In this document: one piece after another, positions 44,314-53,720 of the stretch
Layout of the letters: each line of letters opens with the position of its first letter
Position numbering within the stretch: the first letter of the stretch is position 1
Source: an uncultured Phycisphaerales bacterium
Lineage (GTDB): Bacteria > Planctomycetota > Phycisphaerae > Sedimentisphaerales > Anaerobacaceae
Direction of reading: 5' to 3'
NCBI GenBank assembly: GCA_963718665.1
Contig: OY970359.1
Location: 1,152,001 to 1,216,000 of the forward strand
DNA length: 64,000 bases
The notes under the pieces: generated by a model
Seen by the model: the letters and a program-made list of their open reading frames with translations, nothing else
The model's database searches: none
What the model was told of the DNA's origin: nothing
Translations under genes and position numbers: made by a program

Positions 44314-45234
44314 ATGTCTCGTAATCCTCTTATATATTTGCTCATAGGTATGATGTCGGTCACAAATGTATCTTTAATATCCGGCGGAGACGAGCCATCA
44401 CAAAGTGCAAAGACAGATGCGTCTGCGTCCTGTTCCGTATCTGAATTTGAGAAACCTATGGTAATCTGGTTTCACAATGCTGGCTCTACCAAGCCTGCAT
44501 CTCTTAGGAAGGTTTTGTCTTGTGGTGTCATAACTCATGTCTTGATATTATATCTCCATCCATCCGACGCGCCGTTAAATCGGCAGCCAAATGTAGTTGA
44601 TGCGGTCCGAATATGCAGGGATGCAGGGGTGTCGGTTATCTGGTTTAGAACTCTGTGGCCTACTTATAATGTCAGTGGGTTCACTAAAGAAAGGTTGTAT
44701 GATGAAAGTTATTATGCTGACCTGATTCGAAAGATTCGAGAAGAGGCAAGAAATCTTCAAGTGGAATTTGTTGGCATCGATACGGAACCTTATGGATATT
44801 TTCCTTTTAAGGAGGAGCTGCGAAAAACTCTGAGAAAAGATGATTTTGACAAGATGAGAAACGCGGTCAGTCTAGCGGTGGAAAAGGAAGGGGCTGTTGA
44901 TTTTGTTATGCCAGCAGGTATGTTGAAGAAACAAATGTTTGACGCTGTAGTAGAATTGGGAAAGCTGAAAATAGCAGAGTTCACTTATTATGATGCCCCT
45001 TGGAAGGTGAATGACCCGAACACGCCATTTGATATCTTCGGAGCATATATAAGCGTCAGCAAGAACAATAAGGTGGCCCCACGTTATCCCTTCTTTACCG
45101 CTCAGGAAATTCTTGAGAGGCAGAAACTTTGGTCTCATAAAAAGGGTATAATGCTCTATCCGAAAGAGGACGAAGTTGAGGCTCTAACCGAGCAAATTTC
45201 AAAGATTAAAGTAATTGTGCCGAAAAATGACTAA
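44314..45234 (+). CDS. Secreted hypothetical protein, possible TIM-barrel glycoside hydrolase
   Basis: Signal-peptide-like N-terminus; FVGIDTEPY acidic motif; lies in a glycan locus. Confidence 0.5.
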   Translation: MSRNPLIYLLIGMMSVTNVSLISGGDEPSQSAKTDASASCSVSEFEKPMVIWFHNAGSTKPASLRKVLSCGVITHVLILYLHPSDAPLNRQPNVVDAVRICRDAGVSVIWFRTLWPTYNVSGFTKERLYDESYYADLIRKIREEARNLQVEFVGIDTEPYGYFPFKEELRKTLRKDDFDKMRNAVSLAVEKEGAVDFVMPAGMLKKQMFDAVVELGKLKIAEFTYYDAPWKVNDPNTPFDIFGAYISVSKNNKVAPRYPFFTAQEILERQKLWSHKKGIMLYPKEDEVEALTEQISKIKVIVPKND

Positions 45235-46393
45235 GGTTTTTGTGGCGATTGAGCAACATTTCATAGAATGTAATGATTCCGTATATACGGATATCGCATT
45301 CGCCTATTCTTACTGGCAGGAATACTTGGAAGTTTTTGATAAAGTCTGTCCCATTGCACGAGTACGAAAAGTAAAGCAGTTGCCGGATGGCTGGCAAAGA
45401 GCAGATGGCCCGAATATTTGTTTTGTACCTGTTACTGATTATCTTGGATTCTGGGATTTTTTAAGGAAGATGCCGCGTGTGCTGTTTGATTACATCAAAG
45501 CAACTCGAGGAAAAGGATGTTATCTGTTGAGGGGCAATACCAATACATGTTGTTGGCTATGTCTGAGGTTAAGGCGCATACCATATGCCATGGAGATTGT
45601 TGGTCACGCGGGCGAATCGGTGCTTACGGTAAAAAATGTAAAGATACTCGGTCTTAATCAGTTGATAGCATCTGTACTACATAAGCTTTGTAAAATAATG
45701 GTCAGAAAAGCCATCTGTGTCAGCTATGTAAGCAAGTACGTACAAGGTTTATATCCCACAAGAAATCATAATTGTGAATGGGTATTCAGCAGTGTAAAAC
45801 TTGATGATAAAGTCTTTACAAAGCCGAGAAGTTTTAATTCTAAAAATAATTTTAATATAATCTCTGTCGGAAGAATTGAACCTGAAAAGGGACATCATAT
45901 TTTAATTGCCGCATTGATAAGATTATTGAATGAAGGCTTAAATATAACTGCTAAAATAATCGGGCCCGGCAAAGAAATTGATAATCTAAGAAATGTGATT
46001 TCAGCGAATAATTATCAGAATAAAATATTGTTGGTGGGCACCGTGCCTTGGGGAGAGGATTTGTTTAGATATCTTGATGAGGTGGATTTATTTGTTCTGC
46101 CGTCATTAACCGAGGGAATGCCGAGGGCGTTATTGGAAGCTATGGCACGAGGACTTCCTGCAATAGGAAGCGATACCGGCGGGATAAAGGAACTGCTTGA
46201 CGATCAGTTCAGAGCAAAACCGGCGGATTCAGTCGAACTTGCCGATAAAATTCGACGGTTGATTAACAATCAAAAACTTCTTGAAGAGATGTCAAAAAAG
46301 AATTATGAAAAAGCTTTGGAATACAGAAAAGAGATAATGCAGGAAAGAAAATTAAGCTTCTGGAATTGCATCAAAAACAATGTGGGAAAATAA
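45227..46393 (+). CDS. Glycosyltransferase family 4
   Basis: VGRIEPEKGH, FVLPSLTEGMPRALLEAMA. Confidence 0.9.
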   Translation: MTKVFVAIEQHFIECNDSVYTDIAFAYSYWQEYLEVFDKVCPIARVRKVKQLPDGWQRADGPNICFVPVTDYLGFWDFLRKMPRVLFDYIKATRGKGCYLLRGNTNTCCWLCLRLRRIPYAMEIVGHAGESVLTVKNVKILGLNQLIASVLHKLCKIMVRKAICVSYVSKYVQGLYPTRNHNCEWVFSSVKLDDKVFTKPRSFNSKNNFNIISVGRIEPEKGHHILIAALIRLLNEGLNITAKIIGPGKEIDNLRNVISANNYQNKILLVGTVPWGEDLFRYLDEVDLFVLPSLTEGMPRALLEAMARGLPAIGSDTGGIKELLDDQFRAKPADSVELADKIRRLINNQKLLEEMSKKNYEKALEYRKEIMQERKLSFWNCIKNNVGK

Positions 46394-46967
46394 CATGGTT
46401 GTTATCAAACAAATACCTTATCAATTCAGATATATACTTCCTCTTTGGCTAATGCAGATTTTGACAAACTGGCTGCCTGAAAATCAGATAACTATAAGAT
46501 TAAGGGGAATTTTGATTAGACCTTTTTTAAGTAAATGCGGCAAAAATCTTCAGCTTGCAAGAAGTATCACTTTTCTCAATCCGCATGGGATACACATAGG
46601 CGATAATGTTTATATCGCAACCGGTTGTTGGATTGATGGCATCGGCGGACTAAAAATTGATGATGAAGTTGAGTTAAGCCCTTTTGTCGTGATAACAACA
46701 AGTTCGCACTGTTTTAAGAATAATTCTGTCAGATTTGGTGGTTCAAGAATCGCTCCTGTTCATATCGGGAAAGGAAGCTGGATTGCCTCGCACGCAACTA
46801 TTGTATCCGGCTGTTCTATTGGCTCAGGAACAATAATAGGTTCTAACGCAGTTGTTACAAAAGACATTCCTGATAATGTTTTTGCCGCAGGAGTTCCTGC
46901 AAAAGTAATTGGACCAAGAATTGACAAAGAACCTAATGTTTTTACAAGATTGGACACTGAAAAATAA
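46380..46967 (+). CDS. Hexapeptide-repeat O-acyltransferase
   Basis: IHIGDNVYI, APVHIGKGSWI, AVVTKDIP..AGVPAKVI; alternative ATG at 46395. Confidence 0.88.
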   Translation: MWENNMVVIKQIPYQFRYILPLWLMQILTNWLPENQITIRLRGILIRPFLSKCGKNLQLARSITFLNPHGIHIGDNVYIATGCWIDGIGGLKIDDEVELSPFVVITTSSHCFKNNSVRFGGSRIAPVHIGKGSWIASHATIVSGCSIGSGTIIGSNAVVTKDIPDNVFAAGVPAKVIGPRIDKEPNVFTRLDTEK

Positions 46968-48127
46968 TGAATGCTAAAATTTGTATTTTAACGACGGTTT
47001 CGGCTTCAATAAAAGCATTTTACAAAGGCCAGTTAGAGGCCTTGAAACAAGCCGGTTTTGAAGTAACTGTAATATGTGCAAATGATGAAGAATTGAATAA
47101 TCAATTGCCGGAAAACGTTAAATTTTATCCTGTTCCATTTTCAAGAATAATCAGCCCTTTCAGCGATATTAGAGCTGTCCTTAAATTAATCCATATTTTT
47201 AGAAAAGAACGATTTGATATTGTTCAATACAGCACCCCTAAAGCTTCTTTGCTCGGTTCAATAGCATCTTTTTTTGCAAGAGTGCCTATCCGTATATATA
47301 TCCTTTGGGGTTTATATTACACGGGTCAGGAAAGATTGGGAAGATTCATCTTAAAAAGCTTTGAAAAACTGATTTGCCGGATCGGTACGCTGGTGGTTCC
47401 GATTTCGCATGAGATGATTGATTTTGCCGAGGTCGAGGGACTTGTGAACAAACAAAAATGTCAGGTCATGCTCAACGGCAGTGCGTGCGGAGTTGATTTG
47501 GAATTATTTGACCCTGAGAAGTGGAAGAATTTCAGAAATAAAATTAGAGACGATTTTCGTATACCTGAAAATGCTACCGTAATAGGGACAGTTGCGAGAC
47601 TGACCGGAGATAAGGGAATAAATGAATTGGTTCAAGCGTTTGATGTTTTATCAAATGAAATTCCAAGAATGTATCTTTTGCTTGTTGGTGAAGAGGAAGA
47701 AAGGAACAAGCTTGATGGCGACACAGTTTCAATAATCCGGCAGAATAATCGCATAAGATGTACAGGCTGGCAAAATAACCCTTTGCCATATTATGCCGCA
47801 ATGGATATTTTTTGTTTGCCGACTTACAGAGAAGGTTTCGGTGAGGTAAACCTTGAAGCACAGGCAATGGAACTCCCGGTTATTTCAACAAATACTATTG
47901 GTCCGCGAGAATCTGTCGAAGATGGTATTACAGGTTTTCTGGTTAAATCACAGAGTTCTGAGGCTCTACTTGAGCCTTTAAGAAAACTTCTATGTCAGCC
48001 TGAACTTCGAATAAAAATGGGTAAAGCCGGAAGACAAAGAGTAATTAATAAATTCGACCGCAAAGAAATGATAAAAGCCGTTGTTGAACACCGACTGAAA
48101 TTGATTTCAGAGTTGAGAAGAAAATGA
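46967..48127 (+). CDS. Glycosyltransferase family 4 (CapM/PglA-like)
   Basis: STPKASLLG, ARLTGDKGINEL, LPTYREGFGEVNLEA. Confidence 0.9.
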   Translation: MNAKICILTTVSASIKAFYKGQLEALKQAGFEVTVICANDEELNNQLPENVKFYPVPFSRIISPFSDIRAVLKLIHIFRKERFDIVQYSTPKASLLGSIASFFARVPIRIYILWGLYYTGQERLGRFILKSFEKLICRIGTLVVPISHEMIDFAEVEGLVNKQKCQVMLNGSACGVDLELFDPEKWKNFRNKIRDDFRIPENATVIGTVARLTGDKGINELVQAFDVLSNEIPRMYLLLVGEEEERNKLDGDTVSIIRQNNRIRCTGWQNNPLPYYAAMDIFCLPTYREGFGEVNLEAQAMELPVISTNTIGPRESVEDGITGFLVKSQSSEALLEPLRKLLCQPELRIKMGKAGRQRVINKFDRKEMIKAVVEHRLKLISELRRK

Positions 48128-48435
48128 GCATTATAATAAAATCTCTTGATATGAGCGATGCCTCTCAGGTCGCCCGTTTGCATATCTCCGGCATCGCCAC
48201 CGGCTTTATCAGTTTGCTTGGTCAGGAATTTGTGACAGCATTATATGAGGCGATTGCCGAGAGCATTGCGGATGGCGTGCGAAAATTTCTCAAGATGTCA
48301 CAGCAGGAATTAGACACAATGGGAGAAAATGGCAGGAAGTTCTATCGACAGGAATTATCTTTGGCAGTCAGAAGAAAACGATTGGCAGAGGTGCTTGAGT
48401 CGGCAATTCGGCGGTCACGTGGTGATCATAAATAA
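48124..48435 (+). pseudogene. In-frame deletion chimera: GNAT N-terminus + GT4 C-terminus
   Basis: DASQVARLH..GFISLLGQEFVTALY (GNAT start) joined at GAGAGC (48259-48264) to SIADGV..MGENGRKFY..LS (GT4 end). Confidence 0.7.
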
Positions 48436-48491
48436 CCGCATGTAGTCGCGGAAAATAGTATCATCTCATTTTTTTAAGGAGACCCTGTAAG

Positions 48492-49145
48492 ATGAAACTG
48501 GGAGCAGAAGAAGTCAAGACGTATTTCGACAAGGTCCCTAAGGAATGGGACTCTCTGTACTCACATGAAAACAAGTTTAAGTATGCCATTAACAAGTGGC
48601 TGCGCAAAGGGCTTTTCGAAAGGCACCGTCGAACCTTTGAGAATTGTGGCGACCTGACCGGTGCGAAGGTACTGGATATAGGCTGCGGAACGGGTAGATT
48701 TAGCATTGAGTGTGCAAAGAGAGGAGCAAAGCGAGTTGTGGGGATTGATTTTGCACCCTCTATGGTTGAGTTTTCGCAGCGTGTGGCTAAGCAGATGGGA
48801 CTTTCTGACAAATGCGAGTTCGTGCGCGGCGATTTTCTGACATTCGAGTTTAATGAATCGTTTGACATTGTTTTGGCGTTGGGGGTTTTTGATTATATAA
48901 AAGAACCTGGTCCAGCGCTCAAGAAGATATGCCAGCTTTCTCCGCGTAAATTTCTTGCGTCATTTCCGAGATTTACCTGCCTCTGGGGCATTCAGCGTCA
49001 CATTCGCTACCGTTGGATCAGGAAGTGCCCTATTTATTACTATACTGCGGAGCAGCTTGAGCGGCTATTTAAGGACGCGGGATTCAGTAATTTAGAGATC
49101 ATACCGTCCAAGCGAGGTTTTTTCTGTGTGGGTGGATGCGATTGA
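48492..49145 (+). CDS. Class I SAM-dependent methyltransferase
   Basis: VLDIGCGTGR, VVGIDFA, FDIVLALGVFDY. Confidence 0.9.
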   Translation: MKLGAEEVKTYFDKVPKEWDSLYSHENKFKYAINKWLRKGLFERHRRTFENCGDLTGAKVLDIGCGTGRFSIECAKRGAKRVVGIDFAPSMVEFSQRVAKQMGLSDKCEFVRGDFLTFEFNESFDIVLALGVFDYIKEPGPALKKICQLSPRKFLASFPRFTCLWGIQRHIRYRWIRKCPIYYYTAEQLERLFKDAGFSNLEIIPSKRGFFCVGGCD

Positions 49146-49201
49146 GCGGCTGCACGAGTATTTTATGTTGTGGGTAACGGCTTGAGTATGGCGGATTCCG
49201 A

Positions 49202-50077
49202 ATGCTAAATGTGCTGACAGTTGATGTTGAAGATGGCTGGTCAACTTTTTCCCGCGATCGGCTTTCAAGGGAAATAGAGCCGACAGAGACGGTAGTGAAG
49301 GATACGGAGAGGATACTTGATATCCTATCAGCCAGGAGTGTCAGGGCGACTTTTTTTGTGGTTGGCAAAGTAGCGGAGACGTTTCCATCGCTTGTAAAAC
49401 GCATTGCAGGAGCCGGACACGAAATCGGAATTCACGGATTTTATCACAAGCAGATTTTTCGACTCACTCCGGATGAGTTCAGACTTGAAATCAAAAGAGC
49501 AAAGAGTATGCTGGAGGACTTGGTGTCGGTCGCTGTGGTGGGGCATCGGGCGCCGGCGTTTTCAGTGGCTCCAGAAACAAGGTGGTCATTGCGCATATTA
49601 GCGGAAGAGGGCTTCAGATATGACTCAAGCATAGTACCTTGCAAAAATCCCCGCTATGGGTGGAAGGGTTTCAGCAAAGATATATGCCGAATAGACCTCG
49701 GGGACGGGTTGAGTATTGTGGAGGTTCCGATGAGTATATTGCCCATTCCAATGACCAGCAAGGGCTTTATGACGGGCGGCGGATACCTTAGGCATTTTCC
49801 GTATTTTGTTTCATACGCTGCGATTAAACACATTCAGAAAACAAGGCCAGTTATAGTTTATATGCATCCTTATGAGTTTGGCAAAGAGGTTGCGCCTTTG
49901 CCAATGGAGCATCTTCCAATAGTTTCTCGCTGGCGGGCACGCTGGCAGGCGTGTTGGAGCCTCGGAATGGGAGTAGGAAACCGGCATACAATGCCGGCGA
50001 AGGTGCAAAAATTACTGTCTGCTTTTGAATTCAGTACGGCGGGATGTGTGATTGACCAGTGGTTCGGTCGCGATTGA
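49202..50077 (+). CDS. Polysaccharide deacetylase (NodB-like with DUF3473-like C-terminus)
   Basis: LTVDVED, ATFF, GHEIGIHG..H, RAPAFS, YDSS, GGGYLR, YMHPYE. Confidence 0.9.
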   Translation: MLNVLTVDVEDGWSTFSRDRLSREIEPTETVVKDTERILDILSARSVRATFFVVGKVAETFPSLVKRIAGAGHEIGIHGFYHKQIFRLTPDEFRLEIKRAKSMLEDLVSVAVVGHRAPAFSVAPETRWSLRILAEEGFRYDSSIVPCKNPRYGWKGFSKDICRIDLGDGLSIVEVPMSILPIPMTSKGFMTGGGYLRHFPYFVSYAAIKHIQKTRPVIVYMHPYEFGKEVAPLPMEHLPIVSRWRARWQACWSLGMGVGNRHTMPAKVQKLLSAFEFSTAGCVIDQWFGRD

Positions 50078-50143
50078 TGGAGCGTCACGAGGTTTTTTTG
50101 CGTCGTCGCCAGGCAGATAGAGCCAGTTAAAGAGAGGAATCTT

Positions 50144-51199
50144 GTGGACAAGTCGCAAAAGACAAGCAGGCCGTCGGCAATCTTCATAGTCGGAGTGTTT
50201 GCCGCGGTTGTGATAGTGATGTTCATAGCCAGAATGCACAATCGGGACGTACAGACGATTAATATGCCGCTCAACAACGGGATAGTTGCCCTGTCAACAT
50301 ACAACAATCTCCTGGCGGCGATTTCAAACGACAACAAGGTCTACGTCTGGAACTGGGCTGATTTGTCGAAAAAATACCGCGAATACACGGTCGAGTCGGG
50401 CGAAGTGGCCTTTGCCTCACCAGATACGATTGTGTCCGTAAAACGAACAAATCCTGATTGTCTTGTTGTTTCTGGTTTCGATGCTAATAGCGAAAGCAAA
50501 AAGATTCCGTTGCTGCTGACGGCTAACACGGCACATTTGAGTGCGAACCTGGACGGGAGCAAAATAATTCTTTTGCTGGAACGAGGCGGCAGCAATAGCG
50601 GCGAACATATAACGTATGATTTGCTCGAAGTGCTGCCCGATAAAGGACAAGTGCAGCTAATTACCGCAATTACTTCAGAAAAGAGCGGGCTGGAACATTT
50701 TTCGGTGTCCGATGACGGGCGTTACATTGTTGCCGCAGGGGAAAAGAACGAGCACGGCTGGATGTTCCTTGCGGATACCAAAGAAAAGAAAATTGTTTGG
50801 CAAAAAGAATTGCCGGATTTTAGAAAATTTCATAAAGGGGTTTTCTCAAAGGACGGGGAAATTATCTACCTAAGAGGCAACGATAGTATGCTGACGCTGG
50901 TCAAAGCGAGTTCAGGGGAAATAATTGATCGTTGGTTGCCAACCAAAGAAAACAAAGACACTTACAGGGCGATGCAAACCCAGGCGGTTGTAATCAGTAA
51001 CGACGGCGGACTGGTGGCGGCAGTCGTCGGCAACAACATATTTGCCTGGGACACCAAAACCCGCGAAAAATATGATATAACTGGGGCCGGCCACAAGGTA
51101 ATGAGCAGTATAGCTTTTTCCCCGGATGCTAAATTTATCGCCACCTCCGATATGCGTCAGGGAGGCGATATAAAGATTATCCGCACGCCGCGTCGTTAA
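50144..51199 (+). CDS. Membrane-anchored WD40/beta-propeller protein
   Basis: N-terminal TM; VYVWNW, FSVSDDGRYIV, FSKDG, FAWD, IAFSPDAKFIAT. Confidence 0.75.
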   Translation: MDKSQKTSRPSAIFIVGVFAAVVIVMFIARMHNRDVQTINMPLNNGIVALSTYNNLLAAISNDNKVYVWNWADLSKKYREYTVESGEVAFASPDTIVSVKRTNPDCLVVSGFDANSESKKIPLLLTANTAHLSANLDGSKIILLLERGGSNSGEHITYDLLEVLPDKGQVQLITAITSEKSGLEHFSVSDDGRYIVAAGEKNEHGWMFLADTKEKKIVWQKELPDFRKFHKGVFSKDGEIIYLRGNDSMLTLVKASSGEIIDRWLPTKENKDTYRAMQTQAVVISNDGGLVAAVVGNNIFAWDTKTREKYDITGAGHKVMSSIAFSPDAKFIATSDMRQGGDIKIIRTPRR

Positions 51200-51232
51200 T
51201 GCAGCAGACCTTATAAAAGCACATATAGCGTA

Positions 51233-51865
51233 ATGCGCCATTTCATAAAACGGTTATTCGATATAATTTCCAGCATAGCGGGGTTGATTGTAATTAGCCC
51301 TCTTTTAGTAGTTTTGGCTGTGCTGGTTCGTCTTAAACTCGGCTCCCCAATCCTGTTTCGCCAGCAGCGACCCGGCTTTGGCGGCAAAGCGTTTGTCATA
51401 TATAAGTTTCACACTATGACGGACCAGCGTGATACATCGGGGAATTTGCTGCCGGACGAGCAGCGTCTGCCTGCGTTCGGACGATTTCTGAGAAGCACAA
51501 GTTTCGATGAGCTGCCCGAGTTATTCAATGTGCTGAAGGGTGATATGAGTATCGTCGGCCCACGACCCCTGATGATGAAATATCTTGACCGTTATTCCCC
51601 CCAGCAGGCCAGACGACACGAGGTCAAACCCGGTATCACCGGCTGGGCGCAAATAAATGGCCGAAACGCTATTTCCTGGGAAGATAAATTCAAGCTTGAT
51701 GTCTGGTATGTTGACAACTGGACCTTTTGGCTTGATATTAAAATAATCCTCAAGAGCATCTGGATGGTTATAGCAAAAGAAGGTATAACTCAGCAGGGCA
51801 GAGCAACAATGGATGAGTTTATGGGAACACCGCAAAACGACACTGTCGAACACCCGCAAAGATAA
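51233..51865 (+). CDS. Monotopic phosphoglycosyl transferase (PglC/WcaJ-like sugar transferase)
   Basis: KRLFDI, DELPELFNVLKGDMSIVGPRP, KPGITGWAQINGRN. Confidence 0.93.
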   Translation: MRHFIKRLFDIISSIAGLIVISPLLVVLAVLVRLKLGSPILFRQQRPGFGGKAFVIYKFHTMTDQRDTSGNLLPDEQRLPAFGRFLRSTSFDELPELFNVLKGDMSIVGPRPLMMKYLDRYSPQQARRHEVKPGITGWAQINGRNAISWEDKFKLDVWYVDNWTFWLDIKIILKSIWMVIAKEGITQQGRATMDEFMGTPQNDTVEHPQR

Positions 51866-51880
51866 CACCGGGAAAATAAA

Positions 51881-53125
51881 ATGCTTTCGCATACAAAGAC
51901 CAAAAAAATTGAAGCTAAATTCGGGTCGCCGTTTTACGTATTCGATGAAACGGCGTTCCGGAAGAATTACGATGATATAGTTACAGCGTTTGGAAGCAGA
52001 TACGAAAAATTCATATTGGCTTATTCCTACAAAACCAACTACGCCCCCTACTTGTGCAAAATAATCAAATCAAAGGGCGGCTTTGCGGAAGTCGTTTCCC
52101 GGCTGGAATATGACCTTGCGTTGAAGGTGGGCCAGAAGCCAAACAAAATTGTCTTTAACGGGCCTGTGAAGTGCTATGAGGATATCGCGCTTGCCCTCGA
52201 TAATAAAAGTGTCGTTAATATTGATTCCTGGTTCGGGATTGACCACGTGGCTAAATACGCTAAGAAAAATCCGAACAGGGAAATTAAAATTGGATTAAGG
52301 ATAAACATCGGTCTGTCGGACAAAAGCGGCCTGTCTCATATTCAGGAGCATTTGAAAACGGGAAGGTTTGGTTTTGACCCTGCCGACTCAACTATGAAGA
52401 AAGTAGTTTCGCGTTTGGCCGATATCGGTAACGTTACGGTCAATAGTTTGCATGGCCACACTTCGACTGCCGGCAGAAACATCTGGTGCTATCAAATAAT
52501 TACTGGAACACTTTGTCAAATCGCGGAAAAGTTCTTTCCTGAATCGGCTGAATATATAAATATCGGCGGAGGCATTTTCGGCTATATCCCGCCCAGTATG
52601 CGATGGACAAAAATGCCGTCTTTCGACGATTATGCCAAAGCCGTTTGTAAAATTTTGAAAAGCAATAAATGGGTGCGCCGGCAAAAACCGAATCTTATGC
52701 TTGAACCCGGTATTGCTATGGTTGCGAATGCTTTGAGTTTTATAACTAAGGTAATAAGCATAAAGGATATTCAAGGCAGGGTGTTCGTGACGGTTGACGG
52801 CAGCGCGTATAACGTCAAGCCGACGTTCCATAAAAATAATAACCCGTATCAGATAATAAGAAAAGCCGGAAGCAAAAAACGCGGCACTTTCAGCGTTGTC
52901 GGTTCAACTTGTATGGAAAAGGATTATCTCATGACGGAAATAACCGATGTGCTGCCGGATGTTGGCGACTTTATAAAAATTGACAGTGTTGGCGCATATA
53001 CAGTCGTTCTTACACCGCCTTTTATCAATCCTGCCCCCGCCATTGTTGTCGAGAAAAGCGGTACATTCAAACTTATCCGTTCTAAGCAGACACTGAACGA
53101 TATGTTCAAAAATTACGCGTTTTAA
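51881..53125 (+). CDS. PLP-dependent fold-III decarboxylase (DAP decarboxylase/BtrK-like)
   Basis: AYSYKTN, FNGPVK, INIGGG, LEPG, VGSTCMEKD, VGAYT. Confidence 0.85.
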   Translation: MLSHTKTKKIEAKFGSPFYVFDETAFRKNYDDIVTAFGSRYEKFILAYSYKTNYAPYLCKIIKSKGGFAEVVSRLEYDLALKVGQKPNKIVFNGPVKCYEDIALALDNKSVVNIDSWFGIDHVAKYAKKNPNREIKIGLRINIGLSDKSGLSHIQEHLKTGRFGFDPADSTMKKVVSRLADIGNVTVNSLHGHTSTAGRNIWCYQIITGTLCQIAEKFFPESAEYINIGGGIFGYIPPSMRWTKMPSFDDYAKAVCKILKSNKWVRRQKPNLMLEPGIAMVANALSFITKVISIKDIQGRVFVTVDGSAYNVKPTFHKNNNPYQIIRKAGSKKRGTFSVVGSTCMEKDYLMTEITDVLPDVGDFIKIDSVGAYTVVLTPPFINPAPAIVVEKSGTFKLIRSKQTLNDMFKNYAF

Positions 53126-53139
53126 AAAAGTGTCTTGTT

Positions 53140-53688
53140 ATGCTCGGAATCACAATTACAGGTAACCATCTTGTTCTTCGTCCGCTCGATAAAGCTGACC
53201 TCGAAAACCGCGTCAGATGGTTTAATGACCCCGATGTCCGCAAAACGCTGATACTAAGCGAGCGGTTTGAGCTGGAAAAAACAATCCGCTGGTTTGAGAA
53301 AATACAGGCCGACGACAGCCGGGTCGAATTGATAATCGAGACCCCGCAGAAAACAGCCGTTGGTGTCATAGGTTTAGCAGGTATCAGTCGCACACATCGC
53401 ACAGCAGAGATATACCTTGTCATTGGCCAAAAGGAGTTCTGGGGCAAAGGCGTAATGCTCGAAGCCGAATGCCTCCTGATTGACTGGGCGTTTAATTCTC
53501 TGGGCCTTGAAAAAATCTGGGGCGAGACCCGCACGGACAATATCGCCAGCGTAATCACAATGAAGAAGCTCGGTTTCCAGATTGAAGGAACGTTGCGTTG
53601 CGAGAAAATCGTCGATGACAGACGAATCGACGTTCTGCGCCTCGGGCTTCTTAAAAATGATTTCAAAAATACGGCTGGAAAATATTGA
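53140..53688 (+). CDS. GNAT N-acetyltransferase (RimL/PseH-like)
   Basis: LRPL, WFNDP, FWGKG, NIAS..KKLGFQIEG. Confidence 0.88.
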   Translation: MLGITITGNHLVLRPLDKADLENRVRWFNDPDVRKTLILSERFELEKTIRWFEKIQADDSRVELIIETPQKTAVGVIGLAGISRTHRTAEIYLVIGQKEFWGKGVMLEAECLLIDWAFNSLGLEKIWGETRTDNIASVITMKKLGFQIEGTLRCEKIVDDRRIDVLRLGLLKNDFKNTAGKY

Positions 53689-53720
53689 ACTTGTCAAAAA
53701 AATGATAACGTCTACCTGTT

